64,000 nt of DNA from Chitinophagaceae bacterium (GTDB taxonomy: Bacteria; Bacteroidota; Bacteroidia; Chitinophagales; Chitinophagaceae), in the NCBI GenBank assembly GCA_019747705.1, contig JAIEQM010000019.1:1921-65920 (forward strand), given 5' to 3'. Positions 55,737-64,000 of the stretch are shown one piece after another. A model generated the notes under the pieces. It did no database searches. It was not told where the DNA came from and saw only the letters and a program-made list of their open reading frames with translations. The stretch's first letter is position 1. Each line of letters opens with the position of its first letter. The translations under genes and the position numbers were made by a program.

Positions 55737-56345
55737 TTAACCTTCTTCATCAGAACCTTCATTCAATTCAGTGATCCTGCTCTTCACATACAAAAACAAA
55801 TCAGGAAAAAAAAGATCATATTTTTTTTTCAGCTCCTCATAATATTCTTCAAACAAACGGAATGCAGTTTCACTTTCTGTTAAGTAGGCCGACCGCCGCA
55901 CCACACCACCCAAACTTTTTTCAATTCCCCATCTTGAATGATAATGGTATAACCAGTCTTGCTGCTGCATATGAGGAAACATGCGTGCAAAACGTTCGGG
56001 GAAAACTGCCCGGTGGTGGTTTAATGTTTCATACGTGAAGCCGGCAAACACTTTTAATGATTCATGGGAGAAATGCTGAGTATCGGTTGCCAGGAAATGA
56101 TCAAATACCACATCCACCAGCGCACCTGCATACAAACGGTAATCGCTCCTGAAAACTTCTTTGGCCTCTTTGATCACCGCATGTTCATCAGTAAACGTAT
56201 CAATAGCACGGTGCAATGCAATTCCTTTTTGTATTCCCTGCGGATAATCAAATTTCTTTTTGCCTTTTACAAAATCGCTGATCATATTGCCCACAAGCAG
56301 CTCAGGTTTATTGAAAGAGAGGTATGCATGAGCCAGGTAGTTCAT
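55737..56345 (-). CDS. acpH: acyl carrier protein phosphodiesterase
   Basis: Start moved to MNYLAHAYLSFNKPELLVGNMISDFVKG (AcpH signature). Confidence 0.8.
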   Translation of the reverse strand: MNYLAHAYLSFNKPELLVGNMISDFVKGKKKFDYPQGIQKGIALHRAIDTFTDEHAVIKEAKEVFRSDYRLYAGALVDVVFDHFLATDTQHFSHESLKVFAGFTYETLNHHRAVFPERFARMFPHMQQQDWLYHYHSRWGIEKSLGGVVRRSAYLTESETAFRLFEEYYEELKKKYDLFFPDLFLYVKSRITELNEGSDEEG

Positions 56346-56620
56346 CATCACAAGTTCGTACAAAAAACCGTTCATCATCACTGTATCCTGTATTTGACAA
56401 TGATGAACAAATTTTCTGAGACCTTTAAGGTTTCACCAAATCCTTTGCTGTAAAGGGGTTAGACAGAGAGCTCTTTGATGTTGCATGCCGTTGCTTACCT
56501 CTCATCACTGATTATTTTATTTTAACATCCGCTGATGCGGAATTACTTGCAAAGCGGTGTAACAAAAAATAGCTTTGATCCGTCAAACAGACAATCATTC
56601 ACTATTAAACCTTATTTATC

Positions 56621-57061
56621 ATGAAAAAAATGTTTGTATTACTGCTGGCTGCTGCCATTACAGCCACCTCATGGGCAACTCCTTCAAAAAGCCCCGTTTC
56701 AGAAAAAGTGTTAAATGCCTTTGCTTCAGAATTTAAAAATGTAACCGATGCAAGATGGGCAAGCGCTGAAGATTTTTACATTGTAACCTTTACGCTTAAT
56801 AAGGAAACTTACAAAGCCTGGTTTACTGATGAAGGTGGTATGGAAGCCCTGCAGCGCAATGTAACACTTGCACAAATGAATGTGCTCTCAGCTAAAGCAG
56901 CCGAAGAGCTGAAACAAAAAGGCGAACTGGTTTCTATTGTGGAAGTAAACCAAAAAGGAGAGTTGTATTATGTTGTAACAACTGATGATGCAAAAATGGT
57001 TTCCACTTACAAAGTGCAAATTGACGGTACCATATCCAAACTCTCAAGGAAAAAGAAGTGA
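56621..57061 (+). CDS. small secreted hypothetical protein (PepSY-like flavour)
   Basis: 146 aa with a signal peptide (MKKMFVLLLAAAITATSWA). Confidence 0.5.
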   Translation: MKKMFVLLLAAAITATSWATPSKSPVSEKVLNAFASEFKNVTDARWASAEDFYIVTFTLNKETYKAWFTDEGGMEALQRNVTLAQMNVLSAKAAEELKQKGELVSIVEVNQKGELYYVVTTDDAKMVSTYKVQIDGTISKLSRKKK

Positions 57062-57114
57062 GCGCCGGTAATGGTTGTTTTGGATAAGTCCTTTGCTGAT
57101 TGCAGCGGGTTTTT

Positions 57115-57798
57115 TTAATTCCATGTTCTGCCAAACACTTTTTGGAGCAATTGCGTTGTTCTTGCTTCAGCTTTGGTGCGGATGACGGTTTCCTGCTCTG
57201 CAATTTTATTAAACATGGCATTGGTTACCACACCTGCCAGCAGGTTATCAATATTCAAATTAAGATTTGCTTTATTGCCCAGCGCCAGTTTTGCCGGACC
57301 AATTAACCGGTTCCATTCATCAGCAATTTTATATTCGTTGAGTGAAGTGCGCATGATGGGTGTAACGGCAGTGCGCAGGCTGTCGCCCACTGTGGCACGT
57401 AAATAATCTGTTGCTGCAGTGCCGCCATTTTTTACAATGTTAATGGCATCACGTATGTTCATACGTTTAATACCGCTGATGAAAATGGGAATAGAGTTGG
57501 TTGCTGTTTGTGTGGCGGCGTTTGTAATTGTGCCGGAAAAACGTTCCACTTCATTGCTCAAACCCAGTTGCTGAAGTGTTTGCAAAACCTTACTCAGTTC
57601 CTGTGGCAGCACCGCATCCATCAGCATATTTTTATTGATGAGGGCATTGCCATTACTGGCGCCAATGGTGAGCATTTCTTTAATGGCATTGATGGCATCC
57701 CGTTCGCTGAGGATGTTTGCGGCTGCGTTTTGCAGTGTGGTGCAACTGTACAGAAAGAGTGTACAGTTAAGCAACAGGAGCGCTGTAATTTTTTTCAT
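57115..57798 (-). CDS. DUF4197-domain lipoprotein
   Basis: 227 aa with a lipobox (LFLYSC) and a repeated helical pattern typical of DUF4197. Confidence 0.65.
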   Translation of the reverse strand: MKKITALLLLNCTLFLYSCTTLQNAAANILSERDAINAIKEMLTIGASNGNALINKNMLMDAVLPQELSKVLQTLQQLGLSNEVERFSGTITNAATQTATNSIPIFISGIKRMNIRDAINIVKNGGTAATDYLRATVGDSLRTAVTPIMRTSLNEYKIADEWNRLIGPAKLALGNKANLNLNIDNLLAGVVTNAMFNKIAEQETVIRTKAEARTTQLLQKVFGRTWN

Positions 57799-58000
57799 GT
57801 GTTTATTTTCATTTTTTTGCCACTACTTGTACCGAACCATTCGGGATAGTAAGCCTATAATCATTGCTTATGGTAGGCATTGTTTATGGCATTTCATGAA
57901 GCAATCTTTTTCTATTGACGAAAGTTACAGCAGATAGTTGGTTGCTCATGGAAAATAATTTGCAGAAGGGCTGCCTGATTGAAGCGGAAATGAGGAAGCC

Positions 58001-58019
58001 TCCCGCCTTAAAAGCGGGA
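58001..58019 (+). repeat. TCCCGC...GCGGGA hairpin related to the paaA-tail element
   Basis: tcccgccttaaaagcggga has the same stem as 14580-14596 (tcccgccatcagcggga). Confidence 0.4.
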
Positions 58020-58154
58020 CGGCTGACGAGTTGCAGCGAAAAGCAGGAACACAGATGCTGTTGGTAATACAGCCCAAAGCCCCAATGCTTTTAATATAAA
58101 TTTTCATCTCCAAATTCTTAACAGCAGCATCATTCAAGTTTTATTTCAATCCAT

Positions 58155-58162
58155 TACTTTTG
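58155..58162 (+). promoter_or_regulatory. Bacteroidota -7 promoter box TActTTTG for the deoxyhypusine-synthase-like gene
   Basis: ccattacttttgcagc, ~100 nt upstream of the ATG at 58265. Confidence 0.5.
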
Positions 58163-58264
58163 CAGCTCTTTTCCGCCTGCGTAGTAAACTACGGCGGATG
58201 AAACGCAAAGTCTCCCGACGCTTACGGCCGGGATCAGAAGGCGGTCACTTTTAAAATTTATAAA

Positions 58265-59239
58265 ATGAACAAAGGACCCGTTTCAAATTTCATTCAGCAT
58301 CATTACCGTCATTTCAACGCTGCAGCATTAATGGATGCGGCCAAGGGTTATGAAACACATCTCAATGAAGGTGGAAAGATGATGATTACACTGGCAGGCG
58401 CCATGAGTACTGCTGAGCTTGGTATTTCACTGGCCGAAATGATTCGCCAGGATAAAGTACACATCATCAGTTGCACCGGCGCTAATTTAGAAGAAGATGT
58501 AATGAACCTGGTTGCACACAGTCATTACAAACGTGTACCCAACTATCGTGACTTAACTCCGCAGGATGAGTGGGATTTATTAGAGAATCATTACAACCGT
58601 GTAACGGATACCTGTATTCCTGAAGAAGAAGCATTCCGCCGTTTGCAAAAACATTTGCATCGTCAATGGAAAGAGGCAGAAGCAAAAGGAGAACGTTATT
58701 TTCCGCATGAATTTTTATACAAGACTGTTTTGAGCGGTGATTTAAACCCGTATTATGAAATTGATCCTAAAGACAGTTGGGTAGTGGCCGCTGCTGAAAA
58801 AAATATTCCCATTGTTTGTCCGGGTTGGGAAGACAGTACTACAGGAAATATTTTTGCAAGCTATGTTATTAAAAATGAACTGCAGGCAAGCACGGTAAAG
58901 AGTGGTATTGAATATATGGTGTGGCTGGCCGATTGGTACAGAAATAATTCAAGTGGTAAAGGTGTTGGTTTTTTCCAGATTGGTGGCGGCATCGCAGGTG
59001 ATTTTCCTATTTGTGTTGTGCCGATGATGTACCAGGATTTGGAGTGGCATGATGTTCCGTTCTGGAGTTATTTCTGCCAGATAAGTGATTCAACAACTTC
59101 ATTTGGTTCTTACAGCGGCGCCGTGCCCAATGAAAAAATCACATGGGGCAAACTGGATATCAATACACCCAGGTTTATTGTAGAAAGTGATGCCACCATT
59201 GTGGCGCCGCTGATTTTTGCATGGATACTGGGTTGGTGA
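58265..59239 (+). CDS. deoxyhypusine synthase family protein (homospermidine-synthase-like)
   Basis: 324 aa with MITLAGAMSTAELG, IISCTGANLEED, GGGIAGDFPI. Confidence 0.85.
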   Translation: MNKGPVSNFIQHHYRHFNAAALMDAAKGYETHLNEGGKMMITLAGAMSTAELGISLAEMIRQDKVHIISCTGANLEEDVMNLVAHSHYKRVPNYRDLTPQDEWDLLENHYNRVTDTCIPEEEAFRRLQKHLHRQWKEAEAKGERYFPHEFLYKTVLSGDLNPYYEIDPKDSWVVAAAEKNIPIVCPGWEDSTTGNIFASYVIKNELQASTVKSGIEYMVWLADWYRNNSSGKGVGFFQIGGGIAGDFPICVVPMMYQDLEWHDVPFWSYFCQISDSTTSFGSYSGAVPNEKITWGKLDINTPRFIVESDATIVAPLIFAWILGW

Positions 59240-59261
59240 TGAATAAAAGAATGAATAATTG

Positions 59262-59291
59262 AAGGTGATGTTTACAAGCATCACCTTTTTT
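59262..59291 (+). terminator. rho-independent terminator
   Basis: aaggtgatgtttacaagcatcacctt followed by tttt. Confidence 0.75.
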
Positions 59292-59447
59292 AATTAAGCA
59301 GTTTAATTTCTTCTTTTACTTTCTTAATATCATTGGCATACCTGTAAGCCGCCATTTTTCAGCGACAGTCTTCGGTTTCAACAGCTTTCTAACACAGTAT
59401 CTTGACAGAGAGTATTTTTACTTAAATTTACACCACATCATAACAGT

Positions 59448-60344
59448 TTGACAATGGAGCTATTTGGTACAGATAATCACAAAATCATTCACAGCGACGC
59501 TTTAGAAGCGTTACGGACACAGGTAGCAGACAACTCTGTTGACCTTATTTTCGCTGACCCACCCTATAATATTGGCAAAAACTTTAACGGACATATAGAA
59601 AAATGGAAAACAGAAGAAGCCTATTTAGAATGGTGCTACCAATGGCTTGACCTATGTATCCAAAAGCTAAAACCTAATGGCAGTTTTTATGTAATGACTG
59701 CAACACAGTTCATGCCTTATTTTGACATTTACCTTCGTAAAAAATTAAATATTTTATCACGGGTAGTCTGGTCTTATGACAGTTCAGGTGTTCAGGCAAA
59801 AAAGTATTTCGGCTCAATGTATGAGCCAATTCTTTTTTGCGTAAAAGATAAAGACAATTATACTTTTAATGCAACCGAGATTTTAGTTGACGCAAAGACT
59901 GGCTCGAAAAGAAAATTAATTGACTATCGTAAAGCTGTTCCGACTGTTTATAATTCTGAAAAAGTTCCAGGCAATGTTTGGGAATTTGCAAGGGTTAGAT
60001 ACAGAATGGATGAATATGAAAATCACCCAACTCAAAAACCTATTGCCTTACTTGAACGAATAATTAAGGCAAGTTCAAATAAAGGAGATGTAGTGATGGA
60101 CCCCTTCTCTGGAACATTCACAACCTGCTTTGTTGCAAAAGAACTTGAAAGAAACTCCATAGGGATTGAACTGCAGGATGAGTATGTAAAAATTGGCTTA
60201 CGCAGATTGCAATTAGCAAACGAATACAAAGGTGAAAAACTTCAAAAGGAAATCCGCACTTTTGAGAGTGGCAAAATTGCTACCATTCATAACTTAAAAC
60301 TATTTGAAGAGCCTAATGCAACATACATTCACAGCAAACATTAA
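59448..60344 (+). CDS. beta-class N6-adenine/N4-cytosine DNA methyltransferase (type II R-M)
   Basis: 298 aa. Motif IV (IFADPPYNIGKNF) precedes motif I (VMDPFSGTFTTCFVA), the beta permutation. Confidence 0.85.
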   Translation: MTMELFGTDNHKIIHSDALEALRTQVADNSVDLIFADPPYNIGKNFNGHIEKWKTEEAYLEWCYQWLDLCIQKLKPNGSFYVMTATQFMPYFDIYLRKKLNILSRVVWSYDSSGVQAKKYFGSMYEPILFCVKDKDNYTFNATEILVDAKTGSKRKLIDYRKAVPTVYNSEKVPGNVWEFARVRYRMDEYENHPTQKPIALLERIIKASSNKGDVVMDPFSGTFTTCFVAKELERNSIGIELQDEYVKIGLRRLQLANEYKGEKLQKEIRTFESGKIATIHNLKLFEEPNATYIHSKH

Positions 60345-61443
60345 ATCAGTCCTACAAAAGCATTTTGGCAAAGATGCGGATGAAGTATTTGATAAAAGCC
60401 AGCTAATTCAATACATAAATCTCAAAACCCGTTCAGCAAACAAAGGTTCAAAAGCCCGTTCAGGTTTCGCTAACCTGTACGCAATCTATGTAATCATTGA
60501 AGATTATATTGAAAAGGGATTTAATAAGGGTGGCAAATATGCAAAATATGATGGCGCAATATTCAGCCATCTATTCAAAAGACAAAGAGAGCTTCCTTTT
60601 GGCGGAAGTTTACAAAATCATGCCTTCAACAACAGGATGAATTCAGAGTTTCAAAAATACTTTCCTAACACCGAGTTTATTCCAATCCTTAGAAATCTTG
60701 AAACAAACCGTTATTGGATTAATGAGAATTTGCTAAAAGCGAAGGTTGGTAAAACAACTTATAACCTTGCCGCAGCAATAATTGAAATCATTGACGAGTA
60801 TTCAAAGACAAAACAAGATGCCTTTCAAAGATTCATCAAGGCATGTGAAGAACTTCAAAAAATTGAAGGCAAGAAACCAGCAAAAGTAATTGAATTTATT
60901 AGCGGACTGCTTGCTCCAAATGTTGATGCAAGATTATTTGAAATTGTAAGCTATTCAATTCTCAAGTTTTATTACCATGACCAAACTATTATTTGGGGCT
61001 ATGACATGGACAGCCTCAACAAGGAAAATTTAAAACTATACAAGACAGGAAGAACAAATGCAAATGATGGCGGCATTGACTTTGTTATGCGTCCATTGGG
61101 ACGGTTCTTTCAAGTAACAGAAACACTTGACTTCAAAAAGTATTTCCTTGACATAGATAAGATTCAGAAATACCCAATAACATTTGTAATAAAATCAGAT
61201 GAGAATGCAAAAGACATTCTTGCTAAAATAAAAGCCAATGCGACCAAAACATATGTGGTTACCGCTATAGTTGACAAATACATGAATTGCATTGAAGAAG
61301 TAATAAACATTCCGACACTGAATGAAAGATTCAAAGACGCAATAAAAATGGGTTGCCTCAACAACATCCTTGACGAGGTAATAACTCAAAGTAAAGTTGA
61401 ATTCGACTATACAGACACAGACGAAATTGAGGACGAGGAATAA
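60304..61443 (+). CDS. putative type II restriction endonuclease partner (family not recognised)
   Basis: 379 aa. It overlaps the methyltransferase 3' end in the same AT-rich cassette and has a possible nuclease core around NDGGIDFVMRPLGRFFQVTETLDFKK. The call rests mainly on context. Confidence 0.5.
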   Translation: MKSLMQHTFTANIKSVLQKHFGKDADEVFDKSQLIQYINLKTRSANKGSKARSGFANLYAIYVIIEDYIEKGFNKGGKYAKYDGAIFSHLFKRQRELPFGGSLQNHAFNNRMNSEFQKYFPNTEFIPILRNLETNRYWINENLLKAKVGKTTYNLAAAIIEIIDEYSKTKQDAFQRFIKACEELQKIEGKKPAKVIEFISGLLAPNVDARLFEIVSYSILKFYYHDQTIIWGYDMDSLNKENLKLYKTGRTNANDGGIDFVMRPLGRFFQVTETLDFKKYFLDIDKIQKYPITFVIKSDENAKDILAKIKANATKTYVVTAIVDKYMNCIEEVINIPTLNERFKDAIKMGCLNNILDEVITQSKVEFDYTDTDEIEDEE

Positions 61444-61541
61444 AACGGCGGCTTACATTGGGTTTGCTGCTATGCTGGCTGACGAATAAATCCTCATCAT
61501 TTTATCGCTATCAGCATTAGTCCGGGCTCGACGTTCAATGT

Positions 61542-62009
61542 TCAGCTTTTTATTGTTAACTTCAACTTCGGTTTTTCAATCAGCAGCGGTTCCGGGCCGG
61601 ACATTATAAAATACCAGCACAGCAGCAAGCCCTGCCCGTAAGATGAAATATGAAGATAAACAAGTACCGCTTTAAAAATCCATCCGCTGAATAATGCAGC
61701 TGGCCCGCTGATAATAACGGTGAGTACAAAATATAAGATAACCAGTATAACAGCGCCAATTACCGCTGCCAATTCATTTTTTAAAGAAAGAAATGCAAGG
61801 CCTGTGTATAGTAATGGAAACAAGATGGAGCCCAGGATGGTATAACTATCTGCGTTGCCCCTTACCGCCATTGCAATACAATCTGCAATCAAAAACATAA
61901 GCCCGGTAATAAGCAGGTTGTTGCGGCGTTTTTTGTGATAAATAGCAAGCAGCTCCATTTGTGTTTCTTTGTAACCTTCGTATGGCTCCAGCAGGTTTTG
62001 TTGCTCCAT
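61542..62009 (-). CDS. hypothetical membrane protein
   Basis: 155 aa with 3-4 TM segments. Confidence 0.5.
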   Translation of the reverse strand: MEQQNLLEPYEGYKETQMELLAIYHKKRRNNLLITGLMFLIADCIAMAVRGNADSYTILGSILFPLLYTGLAFLSLKNELAAVIGAVILVILYFVLTVIISGPAALFSGWIFKAVLVYLHISSYGQGLLLCWYFIMSGPEPLLIEKPKLKLTIKS

Positions 62010-62096
62010 AGTGAATTATTGTATTTAAAAATAAGGCATGAAACCCGAATACAGAAATTGCAGTTATATTTTTTACCTTGTAGTAAAATCAGGAAT

Positions 62097-62501
62097 ATGA
62101 AACATCTTATCTTCTTTTTCACTTTTGTGTTCACCGCTATGCAAACTGATGCACAGATTGATACTTCTAAAAAACTGATACAGTTAAAACCGGTTTACCA
62201 GATGCAGCGAACGTTTCAAACCATTCCTTCTCCTAAAGCGGTACTTGTAAGAAGCGATGCGTTTAAACTTAAAAATGAAATGATGCAGTTCAGGGATTCA
62301 ATTGCAGTAACAAGAACGGAGCTAGACCGGCTGATAAAAGAAGTGGATACCAAATTAGACAACCTCAGCGCAATGGATGAAATGGAAAGCCTGCGTTTGC
62401 AAATGGCTATGGACAGACTGAGTAAAATGATGAGCACGCTCAGCAATCTCATGAGAAAAATGAGCGAAACACAACAAAACATTACTCAAAACTTAAAATA
62501 A
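62097..62501 (+). CDS. secreted coiled-coil hypothetical protein
   Basis: Start moved to MKHLIFFFTFVFTAMQTDAQ. The C-terminal half is helical (MESLRLQMAMDRLSKMMSTLSNLMRKMSE). Confidence 0.5.
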   Translation: MKHLIFFFTFVFTAMQTDAQIDTSKKLIQLKPVYQMQRTFQTIPSPKAVLVRSDAFKLKNEMMQFRDSIAVTRTELDRLIKEVDTKLDNLSAMDEMESLRLQMAMDRLSKMMSTLSNLMRKMSETQQNITQNLK

Positions 62502-62505
62502 AATA

Positions 62506-62820
62506 ATGGACCATATCAGCAACATTCCCGTGCAGGAAATACGCCCCGGCTTTTTTGGAAAGATGATCCATGGTGAGAAAGGTACCGTAAGCATCTGGAA
62601 TATTAAACAGGGCAGCGCTTTGCAAACACATGAGCACGTGCATGAACAAATCACTCATATTCTTGAAGGCGAGTTACAGATGAATATTGGCGGCGAAGAT
62701 TTTTTGTTAACCACAGGTTGTTATCATGTAATTCCTTCTAACGTTCCGCACAATGCATTTGCAACAACGGATGTAAAGGTGATGGATTTTTTCAGCCCGG
62801 CAAGGGATGATTACAGGTAA
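62506..62820 (+). CDS. cupin-domain protein
   Basis: 104 aa with HEHVHEQITHILEGEL...HVIPSNVPHNA. Confidence 0.75.
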   Translation: MDHISNIPVQEIRPGFFGKMIHGEKGTVSIWNIKQGSALQTHEHVHEQITHILEGELQMNIGGEDFLLTTGCYHVIPSNVPHNAFATTDVKVMDFFSPARDDYR

Positions 62821-62896
62821 GCTGTTTTTAAAAAGTAAACCGGCTGATTGTAGTTAGCAGAACCCCGTTTCCACAACTCTACATTTGCATTCATCT

Positions 62897-64000
62897 ATGA
62901 ACTGGTTTATTAAACTCATCACAGAACAAAGCATTCCGCAAACAGTCATTATTTATGGTGTGGTGATTGCATTGGGCATCTGGCTGGGTAAGCTCAAAAT
63001 TTCTGGCATTTCTCTCGGTGTAACCTGGATATTGTTTCTCGGACTGATTATTTCTTATCTCGGCATTAACCTTAATCCCGAAACAGAACATTTTCTCAAA
63101 GAATTTGGATTGATTCTCTTTGTGTATTCCATCGGTTTGCAGGTGGGTCCGGGCTTTTTTTCATCACTTAAAAAAAATGCAGCGGTTACCAACGGACTGG
63201 CAGCAGGTGTTGTGGTACTTGGTGTACTCATCACTGTTTTATTTTTTGTTTTTACAAGTACTCCCATTACTGCATTAACCGGTGTAATGAGTGGCGCTGT
63301 TACCAATACACCCGGCCTGGGTGCAGCACAGGATGCAGCAAAGGATCTTCATATGGGAACAGATGCAGCATCTTTCGTTGCACTTGCATATGCTGTGGTA
63401 TATCCCTTTGGTGTGTTTGCCATCATTCTTTCACTTGTTATTCTTAAAAAAATATTTCGTGTTGATCTGGAAAAAGAGCGGGAGCTGCACCGCAAACTGG
63501 ATGTCATTAAAAGCAACCGCCCCGTATCAGTTCATTTACTGGTAAGCAATCCGCAGGTGGAAGGCAAACCACTGCGTACTATTTTTGATTTGCTCAAAGA
63601 ACCAATTGTTGTATCACGCATGCTGCAAAATGGTGAAGTGATTACACCCACACCGCAAACAATCGTACATAAAGATGATGTATTACTGGTGGTGGCGCAT
63701 AAAGATCAGATTGAAGTGCTGAAAATGATTATTGGCGAAGAAAGTGTTGTGAACTTAAAAGAAGCGCCGCAAAGCGAACTGATCTCACGCATTATTGTGG
63801 TAACACAGTCACAGGTAACCCATAAACGTTTGGGCGATTTGGCAGCATTGCATCAGCATGATTTTACATTAACACGTTTAAGCAGGGCAGGAGTTGAAAT
63901 GGTACCGCATGGCGATATTGTTTTGCAGTTGGGCGATCATATTAAAGTAGTGGGTACAAGAGAAGGTGTGGAGCAGGTGGGCAAAGCGCTGGGTAATGAA
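62897..64000 (+). CDS. YidE/YbjL-type putative transporter (AspT/AAEx family with TrkA-C domains); 3' end beyond the window
   Basis: Own translation from the ATG at 62897: MNWFIKLITEQSIPQTVIIYGVVIALGIWLGKLKISGISLGVTWILFLGL...GLQVGPGFFSSLKK...GAVTNTPGLGAAQ. RCK_C-like segments follow. No stop before 64000. Confidence 0.8.
   Translation, partial: MNWFIKLITEQSIPQTVIIYGVVIALGIWLGKLKISGISLGVTWILFLGLIISYLGINLNPETEHFLKEFGLILFVYSIGLQVGPGFFSSLKKNAAVTNGLAAGVVVLGVLITVLFFVFTSTPITALTGVMSGAVTNTPGLGAAQDAAKDLHMGTDAASFVALAYAVVYPFGVFAIILSLVILKKIFRVDLEKERELHRKLDVIKSNRPVSVHLLVSNPQVEGKPLRTIFDLLKEPIVVSRMLQNGEVITPTPQTIVHKDDVLLVVAHKDQIEVLKMIIGEESVVNLKEAPQSELISRIIVVTQSQVTHKRLGDLAALHQHDFTLTRLSRAGVEMVPHGDIVLQLGDHIKVVGTREGVEQVGKALGNE

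Noticed and set aside
59300-61540. Integrase, transposase or prophage genes associated with the R-M cassette
   Set aside because: None is present. Only the two R-M genes lie between the inverted repeats, so the mobility mechanism cannot be inferred from this window.

Overview
The window looks like a Bacteroidota chromosome of Chitinophagaceae/Sphingobacteriia type. Supporting signs are TAnnTTTG-type promoter boxes, gldC, a T9SS-sorted protease, and DUF4290-murA and nadK-DUF6089 neighbourhoods; it is AT-rich by eye. It is mostly housekeeping. Contents include a phenylacetyl-CoA epoxidase operon (TetR-paaE-paaA-paaB-paaC-paaD), purH, comEC, tsf-rpsB, rpsI-rplM, nadK, murA and a half-size carB. 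There is also a TPR histidine kinase/LuxR regulator pair followed by four unknown secreted proteins, a ParE/RelE-type toxin-antitoxin pair and a type II restriction-modification cassette. No rRNA, tRNA, CRISPR array, integrase or transposase was recognised. The most unusual signal is not a gene. A family of 25-40 bp GC-rich hairpin-plus-G-tract elements is scattered through this AT-rich sequence, and several copies lie in frame inside conserved genes (paaB, paaC twice, paaA tail, purH, a DUF1016 nuclease, possibly an enoyl-CoA hydratase). This resembles Rickettsia palindromic elements. The same paa operon also holds two free-standing genes (a DUF1016/YhcG PD-(D/E)XK nuclease and an ORF6N protein) wedged between paaA|paaB and paaB|paaC with gaps of 48 nt or less (48 and 11 nt around ORF6N; 13 nt and an 8-nt overlap around DUF1016). 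Further small repeat families are present: a ~113 bp TIR element (2 copies), a 126 bp MITE-like palindrome, CTCTGCG-type palindromes, and a shared leader module upstream of purH and a DUF4197 gene. All functional calls come from reading the translations and motifs, with no database search.
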